Part shown: piece after piece, positions 33,336 to 43,963 of the stretch
How positions within the stretch are numbered: position 1 is the stretch's first letter
Layout of the letters: the number at the start of each line of letters is the position of its first letter
Source: Corallochytrium limacisporum Hawaii
Taxonomy: Eukaryota > Protista > Pluriformea
NCBI GenBank assembly: GCA_002811645.1
Contig: PDIP01000084.1
Location: forward strand, 44,609-98,692
Reading direction: 5' to 3'
Length of the DNA stretch: 54,084 nucleotides
Notes under the pieces: generated by a model
The model's input: only the letters and a program-made list of their open reading frames with translations
Told to the model about the DNA's origin: nothing
The model's database searches: none
Position numbers and translations under genes: made by a program

Positions 33336-35063
33336 ATGGCAGCATGGCTGAGGCTCACACCTAGAATCTTAAGCAGGGTAGGCATAAAAGTTTGGAGTGG
33401 TCGATGCTATGTTACATGTGCTAAGCCAGCATTGGAAAAGTTTGACATAATGAACACTAAAGACATGGACGAAAATAGTCTGTATGAGAAGGCTGTGGCG
33501 GGCCTCAATGGCCTCCAGACCAATGCGGCAGTGATCGAGGCTCTGCGGGTTAACAAAGGAGATATGAACTCGCGTTCGATCCCTGAAATGTTGTCATTTT
33601 TGGGGCGCCTGAACTGCTCTGTGGAAGAACTTGACGCTATGAATATTATTCATGTGGCGGGCACCAAAGGAAAGGGATCCGTGTGTGCCATGACCGAATC
33701 GATGCTTCGTGAGGAAGGATACAAGACTGGCCTCTTCACAAGCCCGCATCTTGTTGAAGTACGCGAACGCATCAGAATCAATGGAAAACCAGTATCAAAG
33801 CGACTTTTTGCGGAGACTTTCTTCAAGGTCCACGACCAACTCGATACGGCAGGTGAGGCTCACGGCCACGGAACCTCTGGTGATAGCCCTGGCCAGTCTT
33901 ACTTACGGGGACCGCATGGGGAGCGAATCATGCCCACCTATTTCCGTATGATCACTTTGATGGCGTTCGCTATCTTCCAAAACGAGGGTGTTGATGCTGC
34001 AGTGATCGAATGTGGCCTTGGGGGACGGTACGACGGCACCAATGTATTCAAGAAACCCGTCTGCACTGCAGTGACTTCACTTGGATTCGATCACGTAGCA
34101 GTGCTCGGGCACAAGATTGAAGAGATCGGATATCATAAGGGTGGTGTTTTCAAGGCCGGTGTGCCGGCCATCAGCACGCCACAGACCCACCCGGAGGGTA
34201 TGAGAGCCTTGATGCGGGCAGCGGCCGACGCCAGTACGACCTTGTTCAGAGCCCCGTCATGGGCTGACATTGCTGAGCAGGAACAAACAAATGGAGGCGG
34301 TCCCGTTGGACAAGCTTGCCCCAAGGAAATTTCGGTTGGCATAGACGGAGAACATCAGAAGATGAATGCAGCATTGGCAGTCAGCATTGTGGACACCTTC
34401 TTGCGAACGGTGCGTGAGCAGGAGACTCTGCTGGCCAATTTGCCGGTGACAGATGCAACAACGGATATCGAGTCATTGCCGGTGTTTGCACCAAAACTAC
34501 CCCTATCGTCCAATATGCTAAATGGTCTTGCCAACACACGATGGCCTGGACGCAGCCATATCCATCACGAAGAATTTGCGGATTACTACCTCGATGGGGC
34601 CCACACCGGCGAGTCCATTGGGGCGGCCGCAAAGTGGTTCCAGGATGCGGTACAGTCCGAGCAGCCTCGATACTTATTACTGGGCTGTGCCAAGGGCAGA
34701 CCAGCTGAAGAACTTGTGGAGAACCTTGTGGCTTTGCATAAGACACAGCCATTCTCAGTGGTGTGCTTCACGCCTCCGCTGCTGGGCAGAGCGGAAGAAA
34801 CTTCCGACAATAAGAACTACAATGCAGACCACTCAAAGGAGAAAGAAAGGGCCCAACAGTTGGAGAAGATCTGGCGAGAACAGGCAGATTCGGTGACACA
34901 GAAACCGACCATCCATGTTGAAGAATGTATTGAAGATGCTGTAGATACAATCAAGGGCTTTGCTCTAAACCGCCCCACGGACCGCAGACCGCAGATCTTT
35001 GTCACTGGCAGTCTGCACTTGGTTGGAGGAGTCATGAAGATGATGAATATCTCGGCAGACTAG
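33336..35063 (+). CDS. FPGS: Folylpolyglutamate synthase with N-terminal mitochondrial presequence
   Basis: YEKAVAGLNGLQTN, IIHVAGTKGKGS P-loop, FTSPHLVEVRERIRING, ECGLGGRYDGTN, WPGRSH, YYLDGAHT, VTGSLHLVG. Confidence 0.97.
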   Translation: MAAWLRLTPRILSRVGIKVWSGRCYVTCAKPALEKFDIMNTKDMDENSLYEKAVAGLNGLQTNAAVIEALRVNKGDMNSRSIPEMLSFLGRLNCSVEELDAMNIIHVAGTKGKGSVCAMTESMLREEGYKTGLFTSPHLVEVRERIRINGKPVSKRLFAETFFKVHDQLDTAGEAHGHGTSGDSPGQSYLRGPHGERIMPTYFRMITLMAFAIFQNEGVDAAVIECGLGGRYDGTNVFKKPVCTAVTSLGFDHVAVLGHKIEEIGYHKGGVFKAGVPAISTPQTHPEGMRALMRAAADASTTLFRAPSWADIAEQEQTNGGGPVGQACPKEISVGIDGEHQKMNAALAVSIVDTFLRTVREQETLLANLPVTDATTDIESLPVFAPKLPLSSNMLNGLANTRWPGRSHIHHEEFADYYLDGAHTGESIGAAAKWFQDAVQSEQPRYLLLGCAKGRPAEELVENLVALHKTQPFSVVCFTPPLLGRAEETSDNKNYNADHSKEKERAQQLEKIWREQADSVTQKPTIHVEECIEDAVDTIKGFALNRPTDRRPQIFVTGSLHLVGGVMKMMNISAD

Positions 35064-35132
35064 TGGTCGATTGTTGGAAACCGTAAAATTTTGTAAAATG
35101 TTTTGTTTGGTTCTTTATTTCTACTGATTTCT

Positions 35133-35753
35133 TTATTTTAACAATGTGCCGGGGTTTATGCCGAGCACATTGGACCTAAACCCTTTGTACGGGTGCCGCT
35201 GCAAACGAGGATCGCTCAGGTCCAGGTCGACCAGTAACTTCTCCACGCTCTTTGCTTCCAGGCCGTAGCGTTCGGCAAGATCCTCTATGGACTTTTCCAT
35301 TTCTTCAAGGCCTCGAATCCCTGACGCGCTCATCTGCGACTTCCGGGCAGCCTTCCATCGTTTGTAGGCTTCAACCCGGGCGTGGCGCTTCCTGGTACGG
35401 TCCACTGTGACGTAGTGCAGCACCTGGTCTTGAATGGTGGGCTGAATCATCAGCGAACCCTTCAAGATCCCAAAGCTGGGCATGTCTTCTACAGACTCAT
35501 CGTCATTCAATGGGCGCGAAAAGAGGACAGGTAGTCTGCAGTCCATGCATTGCCACCTCGCGTACTCAATGCACCTACCGTCGTCGTGCTTCACTGTAAC
35601 CGAAACCGGTACATCTGCAACTGAAAGTGCCCCTTGGGACTTTTTGAACCACTTCTGGTCGTATACTGTGGGCAACGTCTCAGGGTCAACCTGAAGCACC
35701 ACGCAAACCCTGTGACATACACACCGCAGAGCGAATAGTCGGTCGCCAGCCAT
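35133..35753 (-). CDS. STEEP1: STEEP1 / CXorf56 (UPF0428) homolog
   Basis: [23 protein letters not shown] ~ human [40 protein letters not shown] ~ [34 protein letters not shown] ~ VADSYAQNAKVIEKQL; C-terminal GTLL ~ GTLI (human sequence recalled). Confidence 0.8.
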   Translation of the reverse strand: [206 protein letters not shown]

Positions 35754-36046
35754 GGTCCTATTGCGCCACGCCGTATCACAGTCGCATTATTGCCTGTTCT
35801 GAGATCCCTTTTATACAAAGGTTTTCTGCTGGCTACAGACTGATCTCTTTTTAACGAGTTGCCGCAAAACCTGTATGCATGAACTACCACAAACATACAT
35901 TCGTCTAATTGACCCACCTGGCACCCGCCGCAAGGAACCAACACCCCTTGATCACTGCGTCGTCGGTTTCTCTCGCCAAGATTTATTTAAGTAAGTATTC
36001 CGTTTTAAAAACTGCCCGGGCCTGCCTCGGAGGAGGGGGGTTTTAC

Positions 36047-37012
36047 GCGCGAAAGTTTCGGACCGAGTCCGAAGCTTGCCCCTCCCTCCTTACCTCAGCC
36101 GGACACAGTCGTGAGCTCAGAGAGGCGCAGGAGACAGGTGAGAGCAGGCCGACCGCAAACTACAGGAAAGACGGTCACTCAGTAGTTCGGGTAGTGGCGT
36201 TTGACTGCTTCAGGCATGCAGGACTAAATGTTCCGTGCTTATGTGTGTCTCACAGGACGGTATGACAGTACGCAGCGAGATGCCCTCATCTCTCCCGAGA
36301 TAGTCTGTGTCGGAACTGCATGGATACCAGTACTCCATGTAGGCCACCCATGGCACGCAACAAGAAGAACAACAACGCTTCAGGGGGCAGCTCTGGACAA
36401 CACCATCCATTCAGAAGTAGGGTGAGAGCCATCGGTGTGATCTCTCACTCTGTGTGACTGCGATGTCTCTTCCATTCTAAGTGGATGAGACACCCATCGA
36501 CAAATTCTTCTCTATCAGACCATCGGGTTGTTGCCTCCATGGCGACCTGTGCATCTGTCGCATAGAACTATCGAACATGCACGAACATGCAGAACGAGGA
36601 GCAGACCAGTCCCTTCTTCCGTATTTGTTGAAAGAGGCTGCCTGTGTCTCAATCTCACCCCTGTGATGCTGCCCCTGTGGCACCGGCTCTCCGTTAGTTT
36701 CGGACCTCGGACCCGTCTCCAACCCCTCTCTCCTTTACTCGTTTGCCAATACCAGTTTTCGTCTGTGGGAGAAATCTAGTATGTTCACTATCACCTCTCG
36801 GAGCATTAAGTTTTCGCGCAATTTTGCCGATCCCCATTGCCTTCCCGTCACACTTTTTCAGGATGCGATCACACTTCAGCGACCAAACGTACAGAGACAG
36901 TGAGTCTGAAAATTCAGAAATAGATAGCAAACTTTCAAATATTCTGAGGTTCATTTATTATCATAATAGTCTCATACTGCTGCGACATGACCTATCAAAA
37001 GCGTTTTCCCGC
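36047..37012. promoter_or_regulatory. Three E2F consensus sites (TTTSSCGC) in the divergent STEEP1/RRM1 promoter
   Basis: GCGCGAAA 36047-36054, TTTCGCGC 36812-36819, TTTCCCGC 37005-37012. Confidence 0.55.
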
Positions 37013-37376
37013 CCTGGGCGGCCGCGCGGGGAGTGCGCGTGTGGGTTGGGATGGGCCCAACGCGGTGAGGTGCCTCGCTGCCACAGCTCTACTCCGAACA
37101 ATGCACACAACGAACGCACGCACCAGAACTCATTACCTTAGCCGTCCTTTCGAGAAAATCGCGCGCACCAGTTGCAGAGTGTGTTGTGGTGTCGGCTAGG
37201 CACTGGAGAAATATGGCAGGCGCATCTGTGGCGTTGAAATGAACGGTTGCAACCTTACAAGGTGTTTGAGAAGGTAGATCAGCAATACTATTCAGAAACA
37301 TTGGTGCTTCACAAACCCATTCACATTACACTAAGGAAAAGTGCTTGTTGCTTGGCTGTTCTGATAATAAGCAACC

Positions 37377-39758
37377 ATGGTGAATATGGAAGTTATTAAA
37401 CGGGATGGCCGCCGCGAGCGAGTCATGTTTGATAAGATCACTTCACGGTTGACAAAATTGTGCTATGGTCTAAACCAGGAGTACGTCGACCCTACCCAGG
37501 TGACCATGAAGGTCATCTCCGGAGTCTACGATGGTGTCACCACTCGCGAACTTGACAACTTGGCTGCAGAGACCGCCGCCTACATGACCCTGAAGCACCC
37601 CGACTTTGCCTATCTCGCTGCCCGTATTGCCGTAAGCAACCTACATAAGGAGACCAAGAAGACCTTCTCAGAGGTCATGACTGATCTGCACACCTACGTG
37701 AACCCCAAGACTGGCCGCCCTGCCCCCCTGCTCTCTGACCAGCACTACAAGATCATTATGGATAATGCCGAGCGCCTTAACAGTGCGCTTGTGTACGATC
37801 GGGATTTCAACTACGCCTACTTCGGTTTTAAGACTCTTGAGCGATCTTATCTGTTCAAACTGAACGGTAAGGTTGCTGAGCGTCCACAGCACATGCTAAT
37901 GCGTGTGTCCATTGGCATCCACGGTGAAGATATCGACTCTGCCATCGAGACTTACAATCTTCTATCTCAGAAAATGTTTACTCATGCGTCTCCTACCCTG
38001 TTCAACGCCGCCACCCCCCGGCCTCAGCTTTCCTCTTGCTTCCTGCTGACCATGAAAGACGACTCTATCGAGGGCATCTACGACACCTTGAAGACCTGTG
38101 CCATGATTTCCAAGACTGCTGGTGGCATTGGTCTGAATGTGCATTGTATCCGCGCCCGCGGCTCCTACATTGCCGGCACCAACGGTTATTCCAACGGCCT
38201 TGTCCCCATGCTGCGCGTCTACAACAACACTGCACGTTACGTCGATCAGGGTGGCAACAAGCGCCCTGGCGCTTTCGCCATGTACCTGGAACCCTGGCAC
38301 GCTGACATTTTTGACTTCCTGGACCTGCGCAAGAACACTGGCAAGGACGAAGTTCGCGCACGCGATCTTTTCTATGCCATGTGGATTCCTGACTTGTTTA
38401 TGAAGCGCGTTGAAGAGAATGGCTCATGGACGTTGATGTGCCCTCATGAGTGCCCTGGTCTGGATGATGTTTGGGGTGAGGAATTCGAGGCATTGTACAC
38501 CAAGTACGAGCAGGAAGGCAAGGGTATGCAGACTATCGAGGCTCAAAAGCTCTGGTTTGCCATTCTGGAGTCTCAAGTCGAGACTGGTACCCCCTACATG
38601 CTTTACAAGGATGCCTGCAACCGTAAGTCCAACCAACAGAACCTGGGCACTATCAAGTGCTCCAACCTCTGCACCGAGATTGTTGAGTACTCCAGCCCCG
38701 ATGAAGTCGCCGTGTGCAACCTGGCCTCTCTTGCCCTTAACATGTACGTTGAACAGACCTCCGAAGGACCGAAGTACAACTTTGACAAACTGCGTCAGGT
38801 CACCAAGGTCGTCACCAAGAACTTGAACCGCATCATCGATGTGAACTACTACCCCGTAAAGGAAGCCGAACGATCCAATATGCGCCACCGCCCGGTTGGA
38901 TTGGGTGTCCAGGGTCTTGCCGATGCTTTTATTCTCATGAGAATGCCATTCGACAGTGACGAAGCTCGCCACCTCAACAAGCAGATCTTCGAGACCATCT
39001 ACTACGGTGCCCTGGAGGCATCTAGCGAACTGGCTGCGATTGAGGGCACCTACGAAACCTACGAGGGTTCTCCGGCTTCCAAGGGGCAGTTGCAGTACGA
39101 CCTCTGGGGAGTGACTCCCACTGAGCTCTGGGACTGGTCTGTCCTGAAGGAGAAGATCGCCAAGACTGGTCTGCGCAACAGTCTGCTGGTGGCTCCCATG
39201 CCCACTGCCTCAACTGCACAGATTCTCGGAAACAACGAAGCCTTTGAACCCTACACATCCAACGTCTACCAGCGCCGTGTGCTCTCTGGTGAGTTCCAGA
39301 TTGTGAACCAGCATCTCCTCAAGGACTTGACCGAGCTCGGTCTGTGGAACGATGACATGCGCAACCAGATCATTGCCCACAATGGTTCCATCAAGAACAT
39401 CCCTGGTATCCCCCAAGACATCAAGGATCTGTACAAGACTGTGTGGGAGATCAGCCAGCGCAAGCTCATCGACATGGCCGCAGACCGTGGTGCATTCATC
39501 GATCAGAGTCAGAGCTTCAACGTGCACATTGGTGAACCCAACTTTGGTAAGCTGACCTCTATGCACTTCTACGCATGGAAGAAGGGTCTAAAGACCGGCA
39601 TGTACTACTTGCGCACTCGTCCCGCCGTCGATGCAATCAAGTTCACAGTGGATCAGACCAAGCTGAAGGCCAAGACCGAAGAGGAGCGCGCAGCTGAGGA
39701 AGCCGCCATGCTCTGCTCTCTGGAGAACAAGGAAGCCTGCATGATGTGCTCAGGCTAG
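37377..39758 (+). CDS. RRM1: Ribonucleoside-diphosphate reductase large subunit (class Ia)
   Basis: ATP cone [64 protein letters not shown]-terminal CMMCSG. Strong C-ending codon bias; no intein. Confidence 0.99.
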   Translation: MVNMEVIKRDGRRERVMFDKITSRLTKLCYGLNQEYVDPTQVTMKVISGVYDGVTTRELDNLAAETAAYMTLKHPDFAYLAARIAVSNLHKETKKTFSEVMTDLHTYVNPKTGRPAPLLSDQHYKIIMDNAERLNSALVYDRDFNYAYFGFKTLERSYLFKLNGKVAERPQHMLMRVSIGIHGEDIDSAIETYNLLSQKMFTHASPTLFNAATPRPQLSSCFLLTMKDDSIEGIYDTLKTCAMISKTAGGIGLNVHCIRARGSYIAGTNGYSNGLVPMLRVYNNTARYVDQGGNKRPGAFAMYLEPWHADIFDFLDLRKNTGKDEVRARDLFYAMWIPDLFMKRVEENGSWTLMCPHECPGLDDVWGEEFEALYTKYEQEGKGMQTIEAQKLWFAILESQVETGTPYMLYKDACNRKSNQQNLGTIKCSNLCTEIVEYSSPDEVAVCNLASLALNMYVEQTSEGPKYNFDKLRQVTKVVTKNLNRIIDVNYYPVKEAERSNMRHRPVGLGVQGLADAFILMRMPFDSDEARHLNKQIFETIYYGALEASSELAAIEGTYETYEGSPASKGQLQYDLWGVTPTELWDWSVLKEKIAKTGLRNSLLVAPMPTASTAQILGNNEAFEPYTSNVYQRRVLSGEFQIVNQHLLKDLTELGLWNDDMRNQIIAHNGSIKNIPGIPQDIKDLYKTVWEISQRKLIDMAADRGAFIDQSQSFNVHIGEPNFGKLTSMHFYAWKKGLKTGMYYLRTRPAVDAIKFTVDQTKLKAKTEEERAAEEAAMLCSLENKEACMMCSG

Positions 39759-41095
39759 ACATACATTCTTCATCAACTAACTAATAGACAAGCGTAGTTT
39801 TCTATAGATGCATATGAGATTTTCTTTTCGGCAGGTGCCAGAACCCCTCGTTCGTTCACTTTCGCTGCGCTCACAAAAAACTGGCCCCCAATCCCGACCA
39901 ACAACCACCACCGCTTTCCCGGTAGTACATAAGGAAAAGGCGAACAATGCGCGGCGGTCCCTACCGTCGGCTGCCCGCTTACGTCTATTGTGTGTGCGCA
40001 GCACGTACTTGTGCTACCGTTGTTCAGGTATACACATTGCACGACGAAACTCCACAGGGCGATGCTGCCAAGTCCTAAGTTTACCTCCGAAATGTGCCCC
40101 AGTTAGCGAGACGAACCCAACTCCGGCAAGCGCAAGTGCCTGGCATGTGAATGACGGAAACAAACGCAGCGAAGCGAGAGAGAGAACACGTCCTTGGGAC
40201 ACTCTCGGAATCGAAAGAATTTAGGCCGGTACCCGCACGCCGGCCACAACTGGCTAGGTAGGGGAGAGTGTCCAACCGGGGGGGGGGGCATGGAGAGGGC
40301 AACCGGGCACACACACAAACACACACACAAAGGAAAACAAAGTACCGTTCACTCTATCCCTCGTCGTCCGCAACGTACACACAAACACAACAGACGGTTG
40401 CGGGTGCGCGCTCTGGCTTCGCTTGGCAGCGCAATCTGATGCCCCTCTGCAGATTCCCGGCTTGTTCCGTCCGTACGGACCCCGTTGGTCGGCCGGAAAG
40501 GGAAGGGGGGGGAGCAAAGCACCAAAGGTGATGGGCTCCGCAGAAGTAAGAAGGAGCGGGAAACTGGGGATCCTAGATTTCAATAGTAACAGTACTGAAC
40601 TTTTTCCCGATGCCTGGCTCAAAACGTGCTAACTTGTAAGGGGAGGTGTGTTGACCTGGAGGTAAGAAAGAGATGAAAGGACTTGCGACAGATTCCAATG
40701 CCTGAGCCCGGTGATTTGGTTTGGGGGGCGGGGGGCAAGGGTGGGTGGTTTGGGTTTCGATGACTTTTCTATTCCTTTGGGTCCTTTTTGCCCTGCTGGG
40801 TAGAGAGGTTGGAGGGAAGGCGGGTGGTTTTTGGAGGTTGGGTGGCAGCTAAACATTGGAAGGAAACGCTTGGGCGAGAAAGGGCTTCCATGGTGAAAAG
40901 CTACTTGAGAAAGAAATTCAATACTGGGTTTTGTCGGATCAAGCTTGGGCGCATAAGTGGATTTGTCTACCTATCAACTGCGGACGTATTCTCTTGGAAG
41001 AGGTAGACTATTGTAACCATGTGAACAATTCATTGGTGGGCAAAGCCTAACTCAGAAGTACATCAGCGGTAGCCTATTCCGGCGGGTAAAGTAAG

Positions 41096-43879
41096 ATGGC
41101 GACAGAGGCAAAGGACTCTAAATCTCCAAAGGGCTGGGCTCGTCGTCGCATCCAAGAGAACAAAGAGACTGAGTCACCAGATGCAGGGGCCAACAGTTCA
41201 CCCAGGCAAAGCCTGGCTTTGAACAAGCACAGGAGTAGTGAGGCAGACTCTGCACGCATACAGAGAACTATTTCTGGGGTGTCCGAAACGTCGAGTTTAG
41301 GTACTCCTGCGGAAACGCCGAACATGGAGCCCTCACATGTTACCTTTGACACGAAATTGGATGAACCTCGCCACGCTCCCAGACCTACCTTGGACGATGT
41401 CCCGGAGCTGAAGCATGATGTTCAAGACAGAGGCTCGGGAACGTCAGGCATTGCGAGTCTACACTCCTTCAAGGGAAGTAACGGCGGCTTGAGTGCACGA
41501 GGGATTCACAAACACTTGGCGTACGAAGCTAAGGGCTCGATGTCGGGAAAGAAGAAAGATCAAGAAGAAGCGGAAGGTGGCAGCATGCCTCCACGTCACC
41601 TGCGGAAATTGAGCCAGACGAGCAGCCGGAATCTGCACCAGGTGCATAACTTATACTTCTCTTTGGTCGATGATGACCCGCTGTCAGACATTAACGCAAC
41701 CTCGGCAGAGGACCTTACAGAAATGGACTCTATAGCTGATTCAGAGGTCAAGGACCATCCGCGCCCGTCAAAGCTGGGAGGATTCCTGTCCCGTCTGCGG
41801 TCCATCAGCCCGAGTAGAGACAAAGACTCTGACCCGGAAAAGACACCGCGAGCAGGTGAATTCGAGGATAGTCCCAGTCGCCGTACGCGTAGTCGGACAT
41901 TTAAAGCTACGGAAGCCACCAAATCGCAGTACAACAAGACACTGGAGATGTGCCGGAGGCTTAGTATGCACGGCCAGATAATGCCTGAGACTGCAATGAA
42001 TGTGTCTGTGGGGGATGTGGTCTTGCCAAACGATACGGGAGCACAGGGGCAACAATCCCGGGACGCGTCACCTGAGGCTCCCCATCGACTGCCCTCGCTG
42101 GACGAGTGGGCTAAGGAACGCGCTGGTACTGGCGCAGATGAAACTGGGCAAGACTTGCATGATCGGGACGATACTATTACGCCGTTGGTCTCAAACATAG
42201 GACCCCGTGGTCCCACCCCTCTGCGTGCGTCACTTCGTAGCACACGCCGAGCCTCCACACGCGGTTCCGCAGTAGGGTTCCATCAAGCCTTTGCTGAGTT
42301 TAATGAGATGAAACAAAACGTTTTGCTCGAGACCGGGTGCGATGAAGAGGACGCCATTCGCATTACTAATGAGCGGTTTGTTTCGCCATCGACTTCCGTA
42401 GAGCAACTGGCAGGCCATGAATCAGAGCAGGCTCCTGTACTGCATCACGTTGATGCAGAAAGGTATGGGGAGCTTTGGAATGAATGGGGAAAAGTCCTCG
42501 CCTCATGGCAAGATGGTGTCGTGTGGGTGACAGACGAAGTCCGGGAGCTAGTGTGCCAGGGAGTGCCAGATCCACTGCGATGTACTCTGTGGCAGATGCT
42601 TGCGGGTTCCTTTGGAGAGACTGAACTCAAGCAACAGTACGTCCAGTATACCAGTAGAGAGTCGACTCATGAGACTGCAATCATCAAGGACATTGGTCGC
42701 ACGTTTCCTGATCATGAAATGTTTCGAGCCGGTGAAGTTGATTCCGAAGAGGACGTCACCAGTCTGGGCCGCGCTGACAGCGGGGACCGTGTTGGTCGTG
42801 ATAGTAACGCTACCGAAGTGTCTGTGGCCACGGGGATGTCGGGTAGCACTCGGGAATCTTTCGAGCAGGCATCACAATGTTCCAGTCAAGGGTTCCGCAG
42901 CGCAGCCAGCACGAGCCGGCGGAACCCTCCGCCTGTGATCAAGAGTCGTGGACAACTGTCTCTCGCCCGCGTCTGCCGCGCCTATTCTCTCCATGATCCC
43001 GAAGTCGGCTTTTGCCAAGGGATGCCCTTTGTTGTGGGTATTCTATTGATGCATATGCCCGAGGAGGAGGCCTTTGCTTTGTTTGTGAACATATGCCAGA
43101 ATTATGGCCAGCGGCTTTTGTATCTCCCTGGCATGGAGTACTTACAGATGACACTTCATTCCTTTGAGTACTTCTTGCGCCAGCAGGTGGCTGCAGTCTA
43201 CAAGCACTTCCGCTCCCATGGCTTGCAGGCCAATATGTACGCATCCCAATGGTTTCTGACTATGTATGCATCATGCATGCCAGTAGAGATTACCTACCAG
43301 ATCCTGGACATGTATCTTTTGGAGGGTCGGGAATTTTTGATTAAGATCGCTGTCGCAATTATGAAGGACTTACAGGAGGACCTCTGTGAATCACCCTTTG
43401 AGCAATGTATGGAGATTCTCAAGGTTGTTGTGCCGCTCATGTACGCTCACGATCCAGACGAACTGATCGATAAGGCTCGGCATATTGAGATCAGCACTAG
43501 GAAGCTACAACGCATCGAGAAAGATTTCCTGGCCAAGCTACAGAAGCAGTCGCAGCAAGGGCAAATGATCATGATGTTGGAAGAAGAAAAGAAGGTTCTC
43601 AATGAGCGTCTTCAGGAAGAACACAAGAACGGCAAAGAGTTGGAGAAAGAGCTCAGAAAGTCAAAGAAACAGGTTACCCTGCTCGAACAACAACTGGCAG
43701 CGACGGAAAGTCAGCTTGGAAACGATATTGCAGAGCTCAGAGAGCAGATGGCCCGGAAGGATCACGTTGCTGAACAAAATGCTGTGACGATTGAGTGTAT
43801 GTCGGAAGAATTGCAGCAGTTGAAGGCAATGATGCGGGAGATGATCGAGAAGGAATTGAGCCGTGCTGAGGCGTCTTGA
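41096..43879 (+). CDS. EVI5/RABGAP1-like TBC-domain Rab GTPase-activating protein with C-terminal coiled coil
   Basis: LVCQGVPDPLRCTLWQMLA, IIKDIGRTFPDH (Arg finger), DPEVGFCQG (Gln finger), MYASQWFLTMY, heptad-rich tail. Confidence 0.93.
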   Translation: MATEAKDSKSPKGWARRRIQENKETESPDAGANSSPRQSLALNKHRSSEADSARIQRTISGVSETSSLGTPAETPNMEPSHVTFDTKLDEPRHAPRPTLDDVPELKHDVQDRGSGTSGIASLHSFKGSNGGLSARGIHKHLAYEAKGSMSGKKKDQEEAEGGSMPPRHLRKLSQTSSRNLHQVHNLYFSLVDDDPLSDINATSAEDLTEMDSIADSEVKDHPRPSKLGGFLSRLRSISPSRDKDSDPEKTPRAGEFEDSPSRRTRSRTFKATEATKSQYNKTLEMCRRLSMHGQIMPETAMNVSVGDVVLPNDTGAQGQQSRDASPEAPHRLPSLDEWAKERAGTGADETGQDLHDRDDTITPLVSNIGPRGPTPLRASLRSTRRASTRGSAVGFHQAFAEFNEMKQNVLLETGCDEEDAIRITNERFVSPSTSVEQLAGHESEQAPVLHHVDAERYGELWNEWGKVLASWQDGVVWVTDEVRELVCQGVPDPLRCTLWQMLAGSFGETELKQQYVQYTSRESTHETAIIKDIGRTFPDHEMFRAGEVDSEEDVTSLGRADSGDRVGRDSNATEVSVATGMSGSTRESFEQASQCSSQGFRSAASTSRRNPPPVIKSRGQLSLARVCRAYSLHDPEVGFCQGMPFVVGILLMHMPEEEAFALFVNICQNYGQRLLYLPGMEYLQMTLHSFEYFLRQQVAAVYKHFRSHGLQANMYASQWFLTMYASCMPVEITYQILDMYLLEGREFLIKIAVAIMKDLQEDLCESPFEQCMEILKVVVPLMYAHDPDELIDKARHIEISTRKLQRIEKDFLAKLQKQSQQGQMIMMLEEEKKVLNERLQEEHKNGKELEKELRKSKKQVTLLEQQLAATESQLGNDIAELREQMARKDHVAEQNAVTIECMSEELQQLKAMMREMIEKELSRAEAS

Positions 43880-43963
43880 GGTCCATGTCAGCAATAAAGT
43901 GAAATTTTCAGCGAATACTGCTTCCCTATGTAGAAGTCTATGATTTTCATATTTTCAGTTCGT

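Noticed and set aside
17710-39758. REV1, FPGS and RRM1 as a DNA-precursor/repair gene cluster
   Set aside because: Interspersed with unrelated genes over 22 kb; no evidence beyond chance proximity.
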